The position numbers and the translations under genes are program-made. The notes beneath the pieces were generated by a model. That model was not told where the DNA came from. It worked only from the letters and a program-made list of their open reading frames with translations, and searched no databases. From an uncultured Nitrososphaerota archaeon (lineage in GTDB: Archaea > Thermoproteota > Nitrososphaeria > Nitrososphaerales > Nitrosopumilaceae), in contig OY969559.1 in the NCBI GenBank assembly GCA_963701075.1, positions 864,001 to 928,000 of the forward strand: 64,000 bases of DNA, in the 5' to 3' direction. Shown here one piece after another: positions 20,502-30,414 of the stretch (within the stretch, counting starts at the first letter, position 1; every line of letters starts with the position of its first letter).

Positions 20502-21296
20502 ATGACATACGAGTGGGCATTTTTAGCAACTGGATTGACGCTGATTGCAATGGGATTGCGTCATGCGCTTGATGTTGATCACATCACAGCAATAGACAAC
20601 CTCATTCGATTCAATAATGCGTCAAAACAAGCAAGATGGGTAGGCACTGGATTTAGTGCAGGCCACATGGTATCCGTTCTTGGAGAAATGATTCTCATTG
20701 TGTTTGTAGCCGCAAGCGTGATCGATAAAGGCGGAACATTTTCCATATCGACTGGGATAATGGGAGCTGTAGCATTAGGGTTTATTGGCATAATCAACTT
20801 CTATGCCATGAGAAAATATGGCAAAACTTCTGCAAGCATACTGGTAGGCAGGATTCTGCCAAGAACTAAAGTTATGGGCACAATGGGTTCATCTTTTGTT
20901 GTAGGCATAATCTTTGGCTTGGGATTTGACACTGCGACGCAACTTTCTGCCATTGCTCTATCTGCCGCTGCCACTGTTATAGGAGGAATAGAAACTGCAC
21001 TTGAGATGATAGCGGTATTTGGAGTTGGCATGGTGGCAATGGATACTTTAGACAGTGTATTGTTCAGGGCCGCATTTATCAAAACATTGGGCACTACAGG
21101 CTATAGATACCTGTCGTACGCATTGAGCGCAACTGCACTGATAATAGCTGGTTCATCAATGTATGAGAGCATAAGCCATTCTAGCGTAGTCCCTGAATAT
21201 ACGGGACCTGTTCTGGCAGTAGGCGTATTGGTCTGTACATTTACCTACGCACGTGCAAAGAGAAAGAACAGACAGCCAGAAAGCGTGAAGAATTAA
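20502..21296 (+). CDS. NiCoT (HoxN/NixA) nickel/cobalt permease
   Basis: GLRHALDVDHITAIDN, FSAGHM, FGLGFDTATQ, GMVAMDTLD signatures. Confidence 0.9.
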   Translation: MTYEWAFLATGLTLIAMGLRHALDVDHITAIDNLIRFNNASKQARWVGTGFSAGHMVSVLGEMILIVFVAASVIDKGGTFSISTGIMGAVALGFIGIINFYAMRKYGKTSASILVGRILPRTKVMGTMGSSFVVGIIFGLGFDTATQLSAIALSAAATVIGGIETALEMIAVFGVGMVAMDTLDSVLFRAAFIKTLGTTGYRYLSYALSATALIIAGSSMYESISHSSVVPEYTGPVLAVGVLVCTFTYARAKRKNRQPESVKN

Positions 21297-21318
21297 TATT
21301 AAATAAAAACCACTTATC

Positions 21319-21972
21319 ATGGAACTACACATGCATAATGTTGTCAAGCTACTTGAAAAAGTGGCACAACGATACTACCCAAGCAGAGTGTTGTCATTTG
21401 AGCCTGCACATATCTTCAAGGTACTTCAGGTAATACACGTGAATATACGAGCAAGTAGAGCCATTTTAATTGAAGAAGTAGGTCTTGGAGAGGGCTCAAT
21501 CAAGACGCTTGTGAAACATCTGAAGATGAATGAACTCATTACTACATCAAAAGCTGGCATGACATTGACAAACAAAGGCAGGGCCTTGTTTTCAAAACTA
21601 AATGAAGCCATGCCTGCAGAAAATGATATCAAAGAATGCTCAATCACCATGGGAAAGTTCAATCACGCAATACTTGTCAAGGGACTGGCAAAAGATGTGG
21701 GAAGCGGTATTGAACAGAGAGATGCTGCAATAAAGATAGGTGCACTTGGGGCAACCACGCTTGTATTTCGAGACGACAAACTCTTCACGTCTGACAAAAG
21801 TTATGACATGCCAATTAAAGATCAAAAACTAACTTTTGCACTAGTTGAAAAGCTGCAGCCTGAAAATGGAGACGTTGTAATAATAGCAAGTGCGGAGAAT
21901 AAAAAAATTGCCGACCTGGCTGCAAAAAGGGCAGCCCTAGAAACCATATCAAATCATGAAAAACACTCCTGA
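21319..21972 (+). CDS. Winged-helix protein (DUF2111/DUF4443-like), putative regulator
   Basis: SRAILIEEVGLGEGSIKTLVKHLK...GMTLTNKG wHTH; GIEQRDAAIKIGALGATTL. Confidence 0.75.
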   Translation: MELHMHNVVKLLEKVAQRYYPSRVLSFEPAHIFKVLQVIHVNIRASRAILIEEVGLGEGSIKTLVKHLKMNELITTSKAGMTLTNKGRALFSKLNEAMPAENDIKECSITMGKFNHAILVKGLAKDVGSGIEQRDAAIKIGALGATTLVFRDDKLFTSDKSYDMPIKDQKLTFALVEKLQPENGDVVIIASAENKKIADLAAKRAALETISNHEKHS

Positions 21973-22015
21973 TGGCCGTAAAAAGCATTTAAAACAGTTT
22001 GACGGATAACAGATA

Positions 22016-22696
22016 TTGAATAACTACCAATGCTATCAGGTTTTAGGGGTAAAAGACGGTTCTTCAATGAAAGAGGTAAAGGCAGCATATCGAAAATTGG
22101 TACTAAAGCATCATCCAGACAAGAACAGTACGGATCAGAATGGGATGAAATTCAAGATTATATCAGAAGCCTACCAGACCCTTCGAACTGATTACAAGAA
22201 AAACATCGGTACAAATTCAAATCACGAAAAACATGAAGACAAAAATTCAAACAAGAAACATGATTTTGGCTCAAAAAGACGCTCATGGGGTGCAAAAGAC
22301 TCGGACAAGACTCCGCAAGAAGACTGGACTAGGTATACCAAATATGCAGAAAATGCCTATCAAGACTTTTGGAAACAATACGAAGATACATTCTGGGATT
22401 ATTATGAAAGGGTAAAGGCAGAGGTAAAGACAGATACTGAACCTATCCAAGTAGAACAAGAAGTACCAATTTCAGTAAGAGTGGACCCAGAAAGATGCAT
22501 AGCTTGTTGTAGCTGTGAGACCATAGCCCCCAAAGTATTTCATGTGGAAAAAAACGTGCATGTCAATCCAAAATCCAAAGTCATAAACGAGGAGGGTGCA
22601 AAATCAGAGAAAATTCTTGACGCAGCTCACACATGTCCTACAAAAGCAATCAGCGTAACTCACAAAGAAACACAACAAAGACTATACCCTTACTAG
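22016..22696 (+). CDS. DnaJ-ferredoxin fusion (DnaJ-Fer)
   Basis: J-domain with HPD; C-terminal [12 protein letters not shown]...CPTKAI ferredoxin. Confidence 0.92.
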   Translation: MNNYQCYQVLGVKDGSSMKEVKAAYRKLVLKHHPDKNSTDQNGMKFKIISEAYQTLRTDYKKNIGTNSNHEKHEDKNSNKKHDFGSKRRSWGAKDSDKTPQEDWTRYTKYAENAYQDFWKQYEDTFWDYYERVKAEVKTDTEPIQVEQEVPISVRVDPERCIACCSCETIAPKVFHVEKNVHVNPKSKVINEEGAKSEKILDAAHTCPTKAISVTHKETQQRLYPY

Positions 22697-22821
22697 AAAA
22701 ATAAGGCCACACGTTTGTCCCTCCTAGGGCTAGTCTTTAGAAGTGTTATGAGGCTAAACAGGATGGCAGAACACATATTTTTCTGATTAGGAATAATACA
22801 TGCCACATTTACGATAATCTA

Positions 22822-23985
22822 GTGGACAAGAAAAAACTAGCCGCAGTTATCGAGAATACCAAGGGAATTCTGAAAGAACATCCTCTATGTGATCACTGTC
22901 TTGGTAGGATGTTTGCAGAAAAGCTGGGGGTAGTATCACACAAAAGACTTGGAAATAAGATTAGAAACACGATAAAGCAGCGTCCAACAAAAACGTGCTA
23001 CATTTGCAAAAACATGATGTCAAATCTTGATCTCCATCTGAAAAAAATGCTTGATATGACAAAAGAGTATCAGTTTTCTACGTTTCTAATTGGTGCAATA
23101 TTGCAACCATCAATTCATGACCGAGATGACTCAATTCGTTCCAAGTTTAAGCTTCGTGGAATACCGAGCATCAAAAACGACGTAACCAGAGAGATGGGAA
23201 AATCGTTTTCACGAAAGACAAGATCCAAGGTAGACTATCAGAATCCAGATGTGGTGTTTACAATTGATTTCAAAAAGGAATACTATGAGATAAAGCCAAA
23301 AGCTGTATTGCTACAAGCAAGATATACAAAAAATATCAGGGGTTTACAGCAAAAACAAAAACCATGTGACCAGTGTGAAGGAAAAGGATGTTTTGTCTGC
23401 GACTTTCACGGAATTCGAGAATTTAACAGCGTTGAAGGAAAGATAGCAAAGTTTCTGATTGACAAGTTTGGTGCACAACAGGCAAAGATTACCTGGATTG
23501 GAAGCGAGGATGAATCAAGCCTTGTAATGGGCAACGGAAGGCCGTTTTTTGTAAAACTGCTAAACCCACACAAGAGGGATGTCTCTCTTCCAAAAAAGCT
23601 TGACTTGGATGGAGTTTCAATTCATAGGGTACATGCCATATCGAAAATCCCCTCAGATCCTGTAAGGTTTAGGACAGAGGTTGTTATGGAGATAGAAGCA
23701 GAAAATGAGATTGCATCTAATGCACTGGAAGAACTGGGAAGACTAGAGGGACAACCTGTAGTTTTGTATGAAAATTCGGGCCGTAAGCACAAGAAAATTA
23801 TCTACGACATCAAATTCAAAAAAGAATCTGAAAAGTCATTTAGGATTATGATGGAATCTGACGGCGGAATACCGCTGAAAAGATTTGTTGCAGGACAAGA
23901 GGTAGAGCCAAGCATATCTAGTATACTTGAAACAAATTGCAAATGCAAGTTGTTTGATTTTCACAAAATAATTATTACTAAATGA
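22822..23985 (+). CDS. pus10: tRNA pseudouridine(54/55) synthase Pus10 homologue (degenerate active-site motifs)
   Basis: LCDHCLGR...CYIC zinc site, THUMP, YTKNIRGLQQK, NSVEGKI, GNGRPF. Confidence 0.85.
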   Translation: MDKKKLAAVIENTKGILKEHPLCDHCLGRMFAEKLGVVSHKRLGNKIRNTIKQRPTKTCYICKNMMSNLDLHLKKMLDMTKEYQFSTFLIGAILQPSIHDRDDSIRSKFKLRGIPSIKNDVTREMGKSFSRKTRSKVDYQNPDVVFTIDFKKEYYEIKPKAVLLQARYTKNIRGLQQKQKPCDQCEGKGCFVCDFHGIREFNSVEGKIAKFLIDKFGAQQAKITWIGSEDESSLVMGNGRPFFVKLLNPHKRDVSLPKKLDLDGVSIHRVHAISKIPSDPVRFRTEVVMEIEAENEIASNALEELGRLEGQPVVLYENSGRKHKKIIYDIKFKKESEKSFRIMMESDGGIPLKRFVAGQEVEPSISSILETNCKCKLFDFHKIIITK

Positions 23986-24140
23986 ATGTTTGACCAACTA
24001 GAAGTCTGGAATAGTTGGAATGAACGTGTTTATCTAGTCCACATCTTATGGCGTTTTGCTCGTTGTATTGCTGTCAATGCTTCTAACATCCATAAATCAA
24101 AAAAACAACATTAAAGTAAATCTTACAAAAACCAACAATA

Positions 24141-24530
24141 TTGAATTCTGTTACAGAAACTTGTGTTGTATCGGTGCCAAAAGACAAAGTTTTCACATTC
24201 CTGTCTAATCTTGAAAACCTACCAAAGTGGAGTACACAGTTTGTAAAAGAAATATCTGTTGTTGATGGCAAGTACAAAGCAGTAACACCAATAGGAGAAG
24301 TCTTCATACGGTTTGAAACCGATCCCAAGGCAGGTCTCATTGACATCTATGCCGGACCAACTGAACAACATATGACACCAGCGTATATGAGGATCATCCC
24401 TTTTTCAGAGAATTCCACTGGAATAATGTTCACATTTTTCCAGTGGACTGATACCGACAACATGACTTGGCAAATCTTTTGTAAATGGATAAAAATTGAA
24501 GTTGAAAATATCAAAAAACATTTTTCCTAG
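24141..24530 (+). CDS. SRPBCC/START-like domain protein
   Basis: VSVPKDKVFTFLSNLENLPKW signature. Confidence 0.75.
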   Translation: MNSVTETCVVSVPKDKVFTFLSNLENLPKWSTQFVKEISVVDGKYKAVTPIGEVFIRFETDPKAGLIDIYAGPTEQHMTPAYMRIIPFSENSTGIMFTFFQWTDTDNMTWQIFCKWIKIEVENIKKHFS

Positions 24531-24603
24531 ATGCTTTAGACTTGAAGACGGTCATCATACATAAATAAATGTCTGATACAAGTCCGGTACGAGGTAATAT
24601 TTG

Positions 24604-25069
24604 ATGGTGATGTATTGTCCAGATTGTAAAAAGCCATTGATCGAATTTGATCTAGGCTCAGGAAACTATCACTGCTCCAATCCTCAGCTGCCTCTTTCAA
24701 TATTTAGAATTAATGACAGGAAAACAGCACCGAAAAAATGTCGAAACTGAGGAAATAGAAAACCGACCTCAAGTCAGTAACCTAGATAAAAAACCAAAGC
24801 GGATTCTCGTTGGACTGGCAATAGAAAATACATTGCTTAGCATGGGTCCTTCCATATTTGATAAAGTAACCGCCAGGTTGCGAGAAGTTTACAATGCTAA
24901 TGTCTTTGATTGTCTTGATAATCCACAATACCTAAAAAAAATCCTAGAGGAGAATTTCGACAACAGTATTAGCACTGTGATGACAAAGTCACTTAAAACC
25001 GTCCTGGGAGAATTTGCCTATTATGATTCCATACGAGAATTTTTGGATAAATTAAGTGACAAGAATTAG
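24604..25069 (+). CDS. Zinc-ribbon + thaumarchaeal helical 'output-domain'-like protein (apparent +1 frameshift at 24684/5)
   Basis: YCPDCKKPL...YHCSNP joins SCLFQYLELMTGK (ORF 24713-25069) on removal of one base; C-terminal half resembles 30415-30708. Confidence 0.6.
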
Positions 25070-25160
25070 TATCCGAAATTGGAAAACAAGATCATAAATT
25101 ATCATTTGTATGGTACGGGACAAATTATTTTATACTGATTCTTTCTGATTCAACCAAGAA

Positions 25161-25424
25161 ATGATAATTGGAGATGAATTCGTTGACCGTGCAAACTCTT
25201 CGCTAGTACGCAACAGTAGACTCGTTCTTAAATCAAGAGATGGTGTCTCTGTTACCGATTTGATGCCAACTCTCTATGATATGGCAAAAATAATGATGAA
25301 AATACAATGCAACCTTGACAGAACAAGCGCAGATGACAAGTTGCTTGAGGATCTCTCCAAAATAGAGTCTGCAATAATGAAAATGACTCTTGACATTGAA
25401 TACTTGAGAAGAAAAGGTCATTGA
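25161..25424 (+). CDS. Small helical hypothetical protein
   Basis: 87-aa ORF after a TTTTATA box. Confidence 0.55.
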   Translation: MIIGDEFVDRANSSLVRNSRLVLKSRDGVSVTDLMPTLYDMAKIMMKIQCNLDRTSADDKLLEDLSKIESAIMKMTLDIEYLRRKGH

Positions 25425-25530
25425 TCTGCACTAATTTTTGCTCTTGTTTCCACCCAATAGCCAACTTTGTAACAAATTTCTATAAAATTTCTACCAATAA
25501 TTTATCAAAAACCCATGTATCATTATCTTA

Positions 25531-25683
25531 TTGCCTCGCAAAGAATACAAGACAATTACTGTAAAAGAAGCAACGTTTGTAAGGTTTCTTAAGGTAATCC
25601 ATGATGCAAAAAAAGCAAATCCTGAACTTGATAATAGCATCTTTGTTGACAAGCTTTTGGATTCATACAAAAAGAAAGGATGA
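25531..25683 (+). CDS. 50-aa ribbon-helix-helix-like microprotein
   Basis: MPRKEYKTITVKEATFVRFLKVIHDAKKANPELDNSIFVDKLLDSYKKKG (TTG start); YKTITV strand + two helices. Confidence 0.6.
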   Translation: MPRKEYKTITVKEATFVRFLKVIHDAKKANPELDNSIFVDKLLDSYKKKG

Positions 25684-25795
25684 GTAAAGATACTGTTTTT
25701 CTACCCTTTAATGGATTTTTCTAGGCTCAATTATCGAATGATCTGAATGGAATGGATATCAAGGTTTTATTATAGTCGGATTCAAGCTTTTTTGA

Positions 25796-26500
25796 TTGGA
25801 TCCGCTGTTAAAAGTACATGAAGCTCACAAAGATGGCGTTCTATCAGACAAAATTCACTCACTAATAGTCAAGAGATTTGAGATTGTACTTGAGGGTGTA
25901 AGCAGGGTAGAGAAAGCATCTGGAATTAATTTTCCATTGGCATACGTAGAACCCTCGATTGTAATCTCGCAGCCTACTGGTTCATTTGACTATGGAATCT
26001 TGTTTGCAAGAACGCTTCCTGTAATTGCAAACGGGAAGGTTGAGATCATTATTCAAATCACTGCCCCGCTTGTTGCCTATGGACTAAAAGGTACAATACA
26101 TGCCATACTTGCCCATGAGTTTCTGCATTATCTTGAATTAATTAAAAGAATGTCCAAGATGGAGATGGTCTCAGATGAGCTCTCGGGCAATCTCTTTGAG
26201 AGTATGTATGCTGATACTACTAGATTGTTCGAACCTCGTTCGGTATTTGATGACAAGACTCTCTTGTTACACATAACGAAGAAATTTCCAGAGGGGTTTA
26301 GGGATTACAAACTAGAAGATAAGGTATTAAAAAATTGGATTCAAAAGAAATTACCTACAATAAACGTTGCACTTGATAGAAACATAGTCAAGATTCCTGC
26401 CGATGTGCTTGCAAAGACCAAAGTTGATCCATCTCTGGTTCAAAAATTAGAGCAAATAGAACAAAAATCTTTAAAACTGAGAAAGAAGAAACTCTATTGA
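25796..26500 (+). CDS. Conserved protein with HExxH (zincin-like) motif
   Basis: AILAHEFLHYLE. Confidence 0.7.
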   Translation: MDPLLKVHEAHKDGVLSDKIHSLIVKRFEIVLEGVSRVEKASGINFPLAYVEPSIVISQPTGSFDYGILFARTLPVIANGKVEIIIQITAPLVAYGLKGTIHAILAHEFLHYLELIKRMSKMEMVSDELSGNLFESMYADTTRLFEPRSVFDDKTLLLHITKKFPEGFRDYKLEDKVLKNWIQKKLPTINVALDRNIVKIPADVLAKTKVDPSLVQKLEQIEQKSLKLRKKKLY

Positions 26501-26674
26501 TTATTTGGTGAACTCTGTATAGCCGCATTTGCCACAGGTTCGTCTGTCCTTGTGATCTGACATGAAAACCCCCTTGCCACATCTTGAACATTCTTTTTTT
26601 GTCTTCTCCGCTTTGTCGTCTTTTACCTTGTAGTACTTGTAAACAGAGGGGCTTGAGCCTTTCTTGCCTGCCAT
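26501..26674 (-). CDS. rps27ae: 30S ribosomal protein S27ae
   Basis: MAGKKGSSPSVYKYYKV...ECSRCGKGVFMSDHKDRRTCGKCGYTEFTK; TAATG overlap with rps24e; absent from the ORF track. Confidence 0.95.
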   Translation of the reverse strand: MAGKKGSSPSVYKYYKVKDDKAEKTKKECSRCGKGVFMSDHKDRRTCGKCGYTEFTK

Positions 26675-27036
26675 TACTTTTTCTCTTCCTTCTTCTCTTC
26701 AGCAGGCTTGGCCTCTGCTGCTTGTGCAGGTTCTGCTTCTTTTGCAGGTGCTGCCTTGGCTTTTTCTAACCTTTTGAATATCGCTGCTTTGAGATGTTCC
26801 TTTGCCAACTTTTCGTCTTCATAGACATAAAATGTTCCTGAAAGTGTTGGCCTGCCAGTCTCATTTTTGAGATTTATCGGAATCACAATCTTGCCTTCAA
26901 GATTGAATTGTTTTGATATCATATCAACAGCTTCTAATCTCTTGAGTCTGCCTGCAAGTCCTTTGAACGTACACGTAATCTCTCTTCTTGAAAGTAGAGG
27001 GTTCTTTACATCGCGTGTAACTTCAATCATGGACAT
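26674..27036 (-). CDS. rps24e: 30S ribosomal protein S24e
   Basis: KNPLLSRREI motif; adjacent to rps27ae. Confidence 0.9.
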   Translation of the reverse strand: MSMIEVTRDVKNPLLSRREITCTFKGLAGRLKRLEAVDMISKQFNLEGKIVIPINLKNETGRPTLSGTFYVYEDEKLAKEHLKAAIFKRLEKAKAAPAKEAEPAQAAEAKPAEEKKEEKK

Positions 27037-27120
27037 GTATTGTGAGTCCTTTTAATAGTTCATATAAATCTTAACGAGTAAATAGTGAACAATTTTAAGA
27101 AATTAGAACATCGGTACAAC

Positions 27121-27681
27121 ATGGATCGTTTCATGATTCATCTCAAGAATACAGGTTATCTGCCACATGATGCACCAGTGCTATTGAAAAAAGCAGATCA
27201 GCTGACTTCGGAATTGGATGCTATCATTAGAGATACACGAGTTTCAAAAAGATACTTGGAATTTGATGTATCCATTGCAAAAGAACATCTTGATCTGTTA
27301 GTTGAAAAGTTAGGATCAATTGGAGACCTTGATCATGCTAGACATCTTGTCGAGGAAGAAATAGAAAAAGACGAAGCGGTAGAAAGCGGAAAATTTTATT
27401 TCAATAGTGAAAGATTTTGGGAGTGTCACGAGGTTCTTGAAGGAGTCTGGAAAAAAACATATGAAGGTGAAAAAGACCTTGTACAAGGAATAATTCTTGC
27501 CGCTGCCGCATTTGTCCATTATCAAAAGTATGAAAATGAGATTTGTCTTTCTATCATGAATCGTGCAATGCAAAAACTTGCTAGTTCCACAGGAAAGTAC
27601 CACGACGTAGATGTCGATGAATTCAAGAAAAAAATCTCTGATATGATAAAAACTGGAAAGATTGATACTTTTGCTATCTGA
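27121..27681 (+). CDS. DUF309 domain protein
   Basis: FNSERFWECHEVLEGVW...QGIILAAAAFVH. Confidence 0.85.
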   Translation: MDRFMIHLKNTGYLPHDAPVLLKKADQLTSELDAIIRDTRVSKRYLEFDVSIAKEHLDLLVEKLGSIGDLDHARHLVEEEIEKDEAVESGKFYFNSERFWECHEVLEGVWKKTYEGEKDLVQGIILAAAAFVHYQKYENEICLSIMNRAMQKLASSTGKYHDVDVDEFKKKISDMIKTGKIDTFAI

Positions 27682-28930
27682 TAAGGCTGATTGCAGTCTT
27701 GATTACATCTGCACCTGCAAGCAAACCTATCTTTCCTTTTTTTGCCTGCTCTTCAGTAAATCTTGTAGTTCCATCCTTTTTGACTGAATCGCCAGAGACC
27801 AAAATTGGAACAGGATCGTCGCTATGTCCTTTGTTTATGCATGGGGTAGAGTGATCTCCTGATATCACGACTGAAACCTTTGAGGTGTCTATGATATCTA
27901 ACAGAGTGCCAAAAAACCTAGTATCAATCTCCTCTATGTTTTTCATCTTTCCGATGGCGTCTCCATCATGGCCAAACTCGTCTGGGCCCTTGATGTGTAC
28001 ATAAATGGCATTCTGTGTTTCCATTGCCTTTGCTGCAACTCTTGCCTTTTCCTCATAATCAGTCAGTCCTCCGGCGTTAAATGTCTGCATCTTTAGCACA
28101 TTTGCTATGCCGATTTCAACTGGCATATCAACTATGCATGAAAATTTCATCTCATGTAACTGGTTTATTGGAATGACATTTGGAAAACTGTTTCCCGCGT
28201 CGCGCAACAGTATTGAATTTAGAAGTTTCTTGCCCTGTGCACTGCGCCTCTTGTTTATCTCACTATTTTTCATAATGGCAAGTGACTGATCTGTGAATTC
28301 ATTTACAAGTAAGGCAGAGAGTTTTGCTCCTGCTGATTCATTTAATGGAAGTGATCTTTCTATCTTCAAGTAATCACCAACAGCTTTTGCAACGCCCATG
28401 CCATCAATTCTTGCATATGCTGGGTCTGTGTTACTGATATCTGGTGACAGGAACTCTCCATCACATCTTATCCTTATTATGACTCTGTGCCCTATGGTTG
28501 GTGATACCACTACAGATGCTTTTGGATTTGAAAACTTGATCTTTTGTTCTAATTCGTGAGAAATGGCAATTGCGTCTTCTCTTTCAATCTTTCTGCCAGC
28601 TCTTCTATCAGTTATGACTCGCTCGTCGTTTACAGTAGAAAAGTTTCCACGCAATGCAAGGTCTCCATTTTTGAAATCGATTCCAATCCCTATTGATTCT
28701 ATGACTCCTCTTCCTACATACACCGAATTCTCAAATCTATAGCCTAGCATGTTAAAGACAGCAATGTCTGATTGAGGGGCTATTCCCTTTCCTACCGAAA
28801 TGACTTCACCTATTGCTCCATTACTTGCAAGTCTGTCCATGTTTGGGGTCTTGGCATATCCTAGCGGAGTCATTCCTTTCAAGTCTGGATGTGGCAAGTC
28901 TCCTATTCCGTCAAGTAAGACGTAGATCAT
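27674..28930 (-). CDS. apgM: 2,3-bisphosphoglycerate-independent phosphoglycerate mutase
   Basis: LDGIGD, PQSD, GRGVIE, DRRAGR, KGPDEFGHDG, SGDHSTP, GHSDDPVP. Confidence 0.93.
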   Translation of the reverse strand: MIYVLLDGIGDLPHPDLKGMTPLGYAKTPNMDRLASNGAIGEVISVGKGIAPQSDIAVFNMLGYRFENSVYVGRGVIESIGIGIDFKNGDLALRGNFSTVNDERVITDRRAGRKIEREDAIAISHELEQKIKFSNPKASVVVSPTIGHRVIIRIRCDGEFLSPDISNTDPAYARIDGMGVAKAVGDYLKIERSLPLNESAGAKLSALLVNEFTDQSLAIMKNSEINKRRSAQGKKLLNSILLRDAGNSFPNVIPINQLHEMKFSCIVDMPVEIGIANVLKMQTFNAGGLTDYEEKARVAAKAMETQNAIYVHIKGPDEFGHDGDAIGKMKNIEEIDTRFFGTLLDIIDTSKVSVVISGDHSTPCINKGHSDDPVPILVSGDSVKKDGTTRFTEEQAKKGKIGLLAGADVIKTAISLIR

Positions 28931-29087
28931 GTGAACATTGGAATTGTTCGTAATTCTTATTCAGCCTCATCTTCCAAGTTTTTCATATATTACATAAACC
29001 TTGATTTTTTCAAGTCGATCACAATTATTTGCCAACTTGAATATATTAAAAAATGCTAGATGCTCTAACTGATTTGTAATAAGAAAA

Positions 29088-29522
29088 TCAAATAGATATC
29101 TCTTTGAGTTTTATCTTAAAGTTCAGTGTCTTTCCTGCCAGAGGATGATTCAGGTCTACTGTAACTATTCCTTCATCCACTGCAGTAATCATTGCAGGTA
29201 CCTTCTCGCCTGTTGGTAGACCTGCCTCAAAGAGCAGTCCGGCTGTAAGATCCGCTTCTTGTGGGAATACTTCTCTTGGAACCTTTTGTACCAGGGTTGG
29301 ATCGTGTTGCCCATAGGCTTCAGCAGGCTGTATGGTGAACTCTTTCTCATCTCCTTCATTCATTCCTAAGATCGCGTCATCAAATCCTTTTATCACGTGA
29401 CCTGAACCCACTTCAAACTCTAATGGTTTTCCGTGGTCTTCTGAGCTATCAAAAACTGATCCATCGTCGAGTTTTCCAACATATTCTACTTTTACCTTAT
29501 TTCCAGTCTTTACTGCCACCAA
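29088..29522 (-). CDS. slyD: FKBP-type peptidyl-prolyl isomerase (SlyD-like)
   Basis: VEYVGKLDDGSVFDSS, PAEAYG, VDLNHPLAGKTL. Confidence 0.92.
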   Translation of the reverse strand: MVAVKTGNKVKVEYVGKLDDGSVFDSSEDHGKPLEFEVGSGHVIKGFDDAILGMNEGDEKEFTIQPAEAYGQHDPTLVQKVPREVFPQEADLTAGLLFEAGLPTGEKVPAMITAVDEGIVTVDLNHPLAGKTLNFKIKLKEISI

Positions 29523-29625
29523 TCTAAACCCATCCTATTTTATCTGTAAAAAATTTTCTACCATATGTAGATATGGATTTCATATCTCCTTAGGAATGGT
29601 ATAGTAGAAAAATCCTTTGGTTGTT

Positions 29626-30198
29626 CTATGCTTTTGACATCTTATCGTCTTGCAATGGAAATTGCTTTGCAAGATCTTCGGCAAGTTTTTCATAAGACTC
29701 TCTTGTTTTGCCAATCTCCTTGAGTTTTTCTGATTCTACATTTGAAAGCTCTGTGCTTATTCGTTCCACATCATTTCGAAGAGCCATCTCTGCCATCTCA
29801 AACAAGCGGTTGTTTTCTTTCCAAATGTGCTGGACCAGGTGATTGATGTATTCTTGCATATCTGTGATCAATTGGGTGGCATTGCCTGTGGTCATGTATG
29901 TCTTGGAAGATTCTTCCATCCTTGCAGCCAATTTTCGGGTTAATGCATGTTCCATAAGCATGATTGCAATAGGCCCACTCTCTTTTGACATGCCCTTTTT
30001 TTCAAGTTCTGGAAAAAGTGAGTTTTCCTCCTTGCCGTGATGACACAAATCAGTAAAATTTTTTGTAAAATCAATGACTTGTAAAATTATAGGTTCAGGT
30101 ATGGTAGTTCCATTCTGCAAAAGCGGAATTGTTGCCCACATTGCTTTTAGCACTTTCTCGATTAGCGCATGGTCTTGTCTTAGCGATTCAGTAGACAT
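29626..30198 (-). CDS. Hemerythrin (HHE) domain protein
   Basis: DH...HHGKEENSLFP...EH...HIWKENNRLF. Confidence 0.88.
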   Translation of the reverse strand: MSTESLRQDHALIEKVLKAMWATIPLLQNGTTIPEPIILQVIDFTKNFTDLCHHGKEENSLFPELEKKGMSKESGPIAIMLMEHALTRKLAARMEESSKTYMTTGNATQLITDMQEYINHLVQHIWKENNRLFEMAEMALRNDVERISTELSNVESEKLKEIGKTRESYEKLAEDLAKQFPLQDDKMSKA

Positions 30199-30414
30199 TT
30201 TGATGTTTGTGCACATATTTTGTTCTAATTTAAGCGTAATTTTTGGTAAATCCAATAATTTGGGGTGTTCGTAGTGCGTTTGTTTGTACCGGATAAACAG
30301 GATGATATCTGCGATCAGTGTGATGTGATATGTAATGTATCAAACTAGTCCATTCGGAAATGTATCAAATACAGGGCTGCCTGTATCCAGGTTTTTCATA
30401 AACCGGCGTGATAT

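Noticed and set aside
22708-22776. Imperfect hairpin followed by ACA before pus10 (H/ACA-like)
   Set aside because: No convincing K-turn or K-loop and weak stems; cannot be supported without a covariance search.
24030-24089. 19-aa minus-strand ORF MLEALTAIQRAKRHKMWTR
   Set aside because: Too short, with no motif or independent support.
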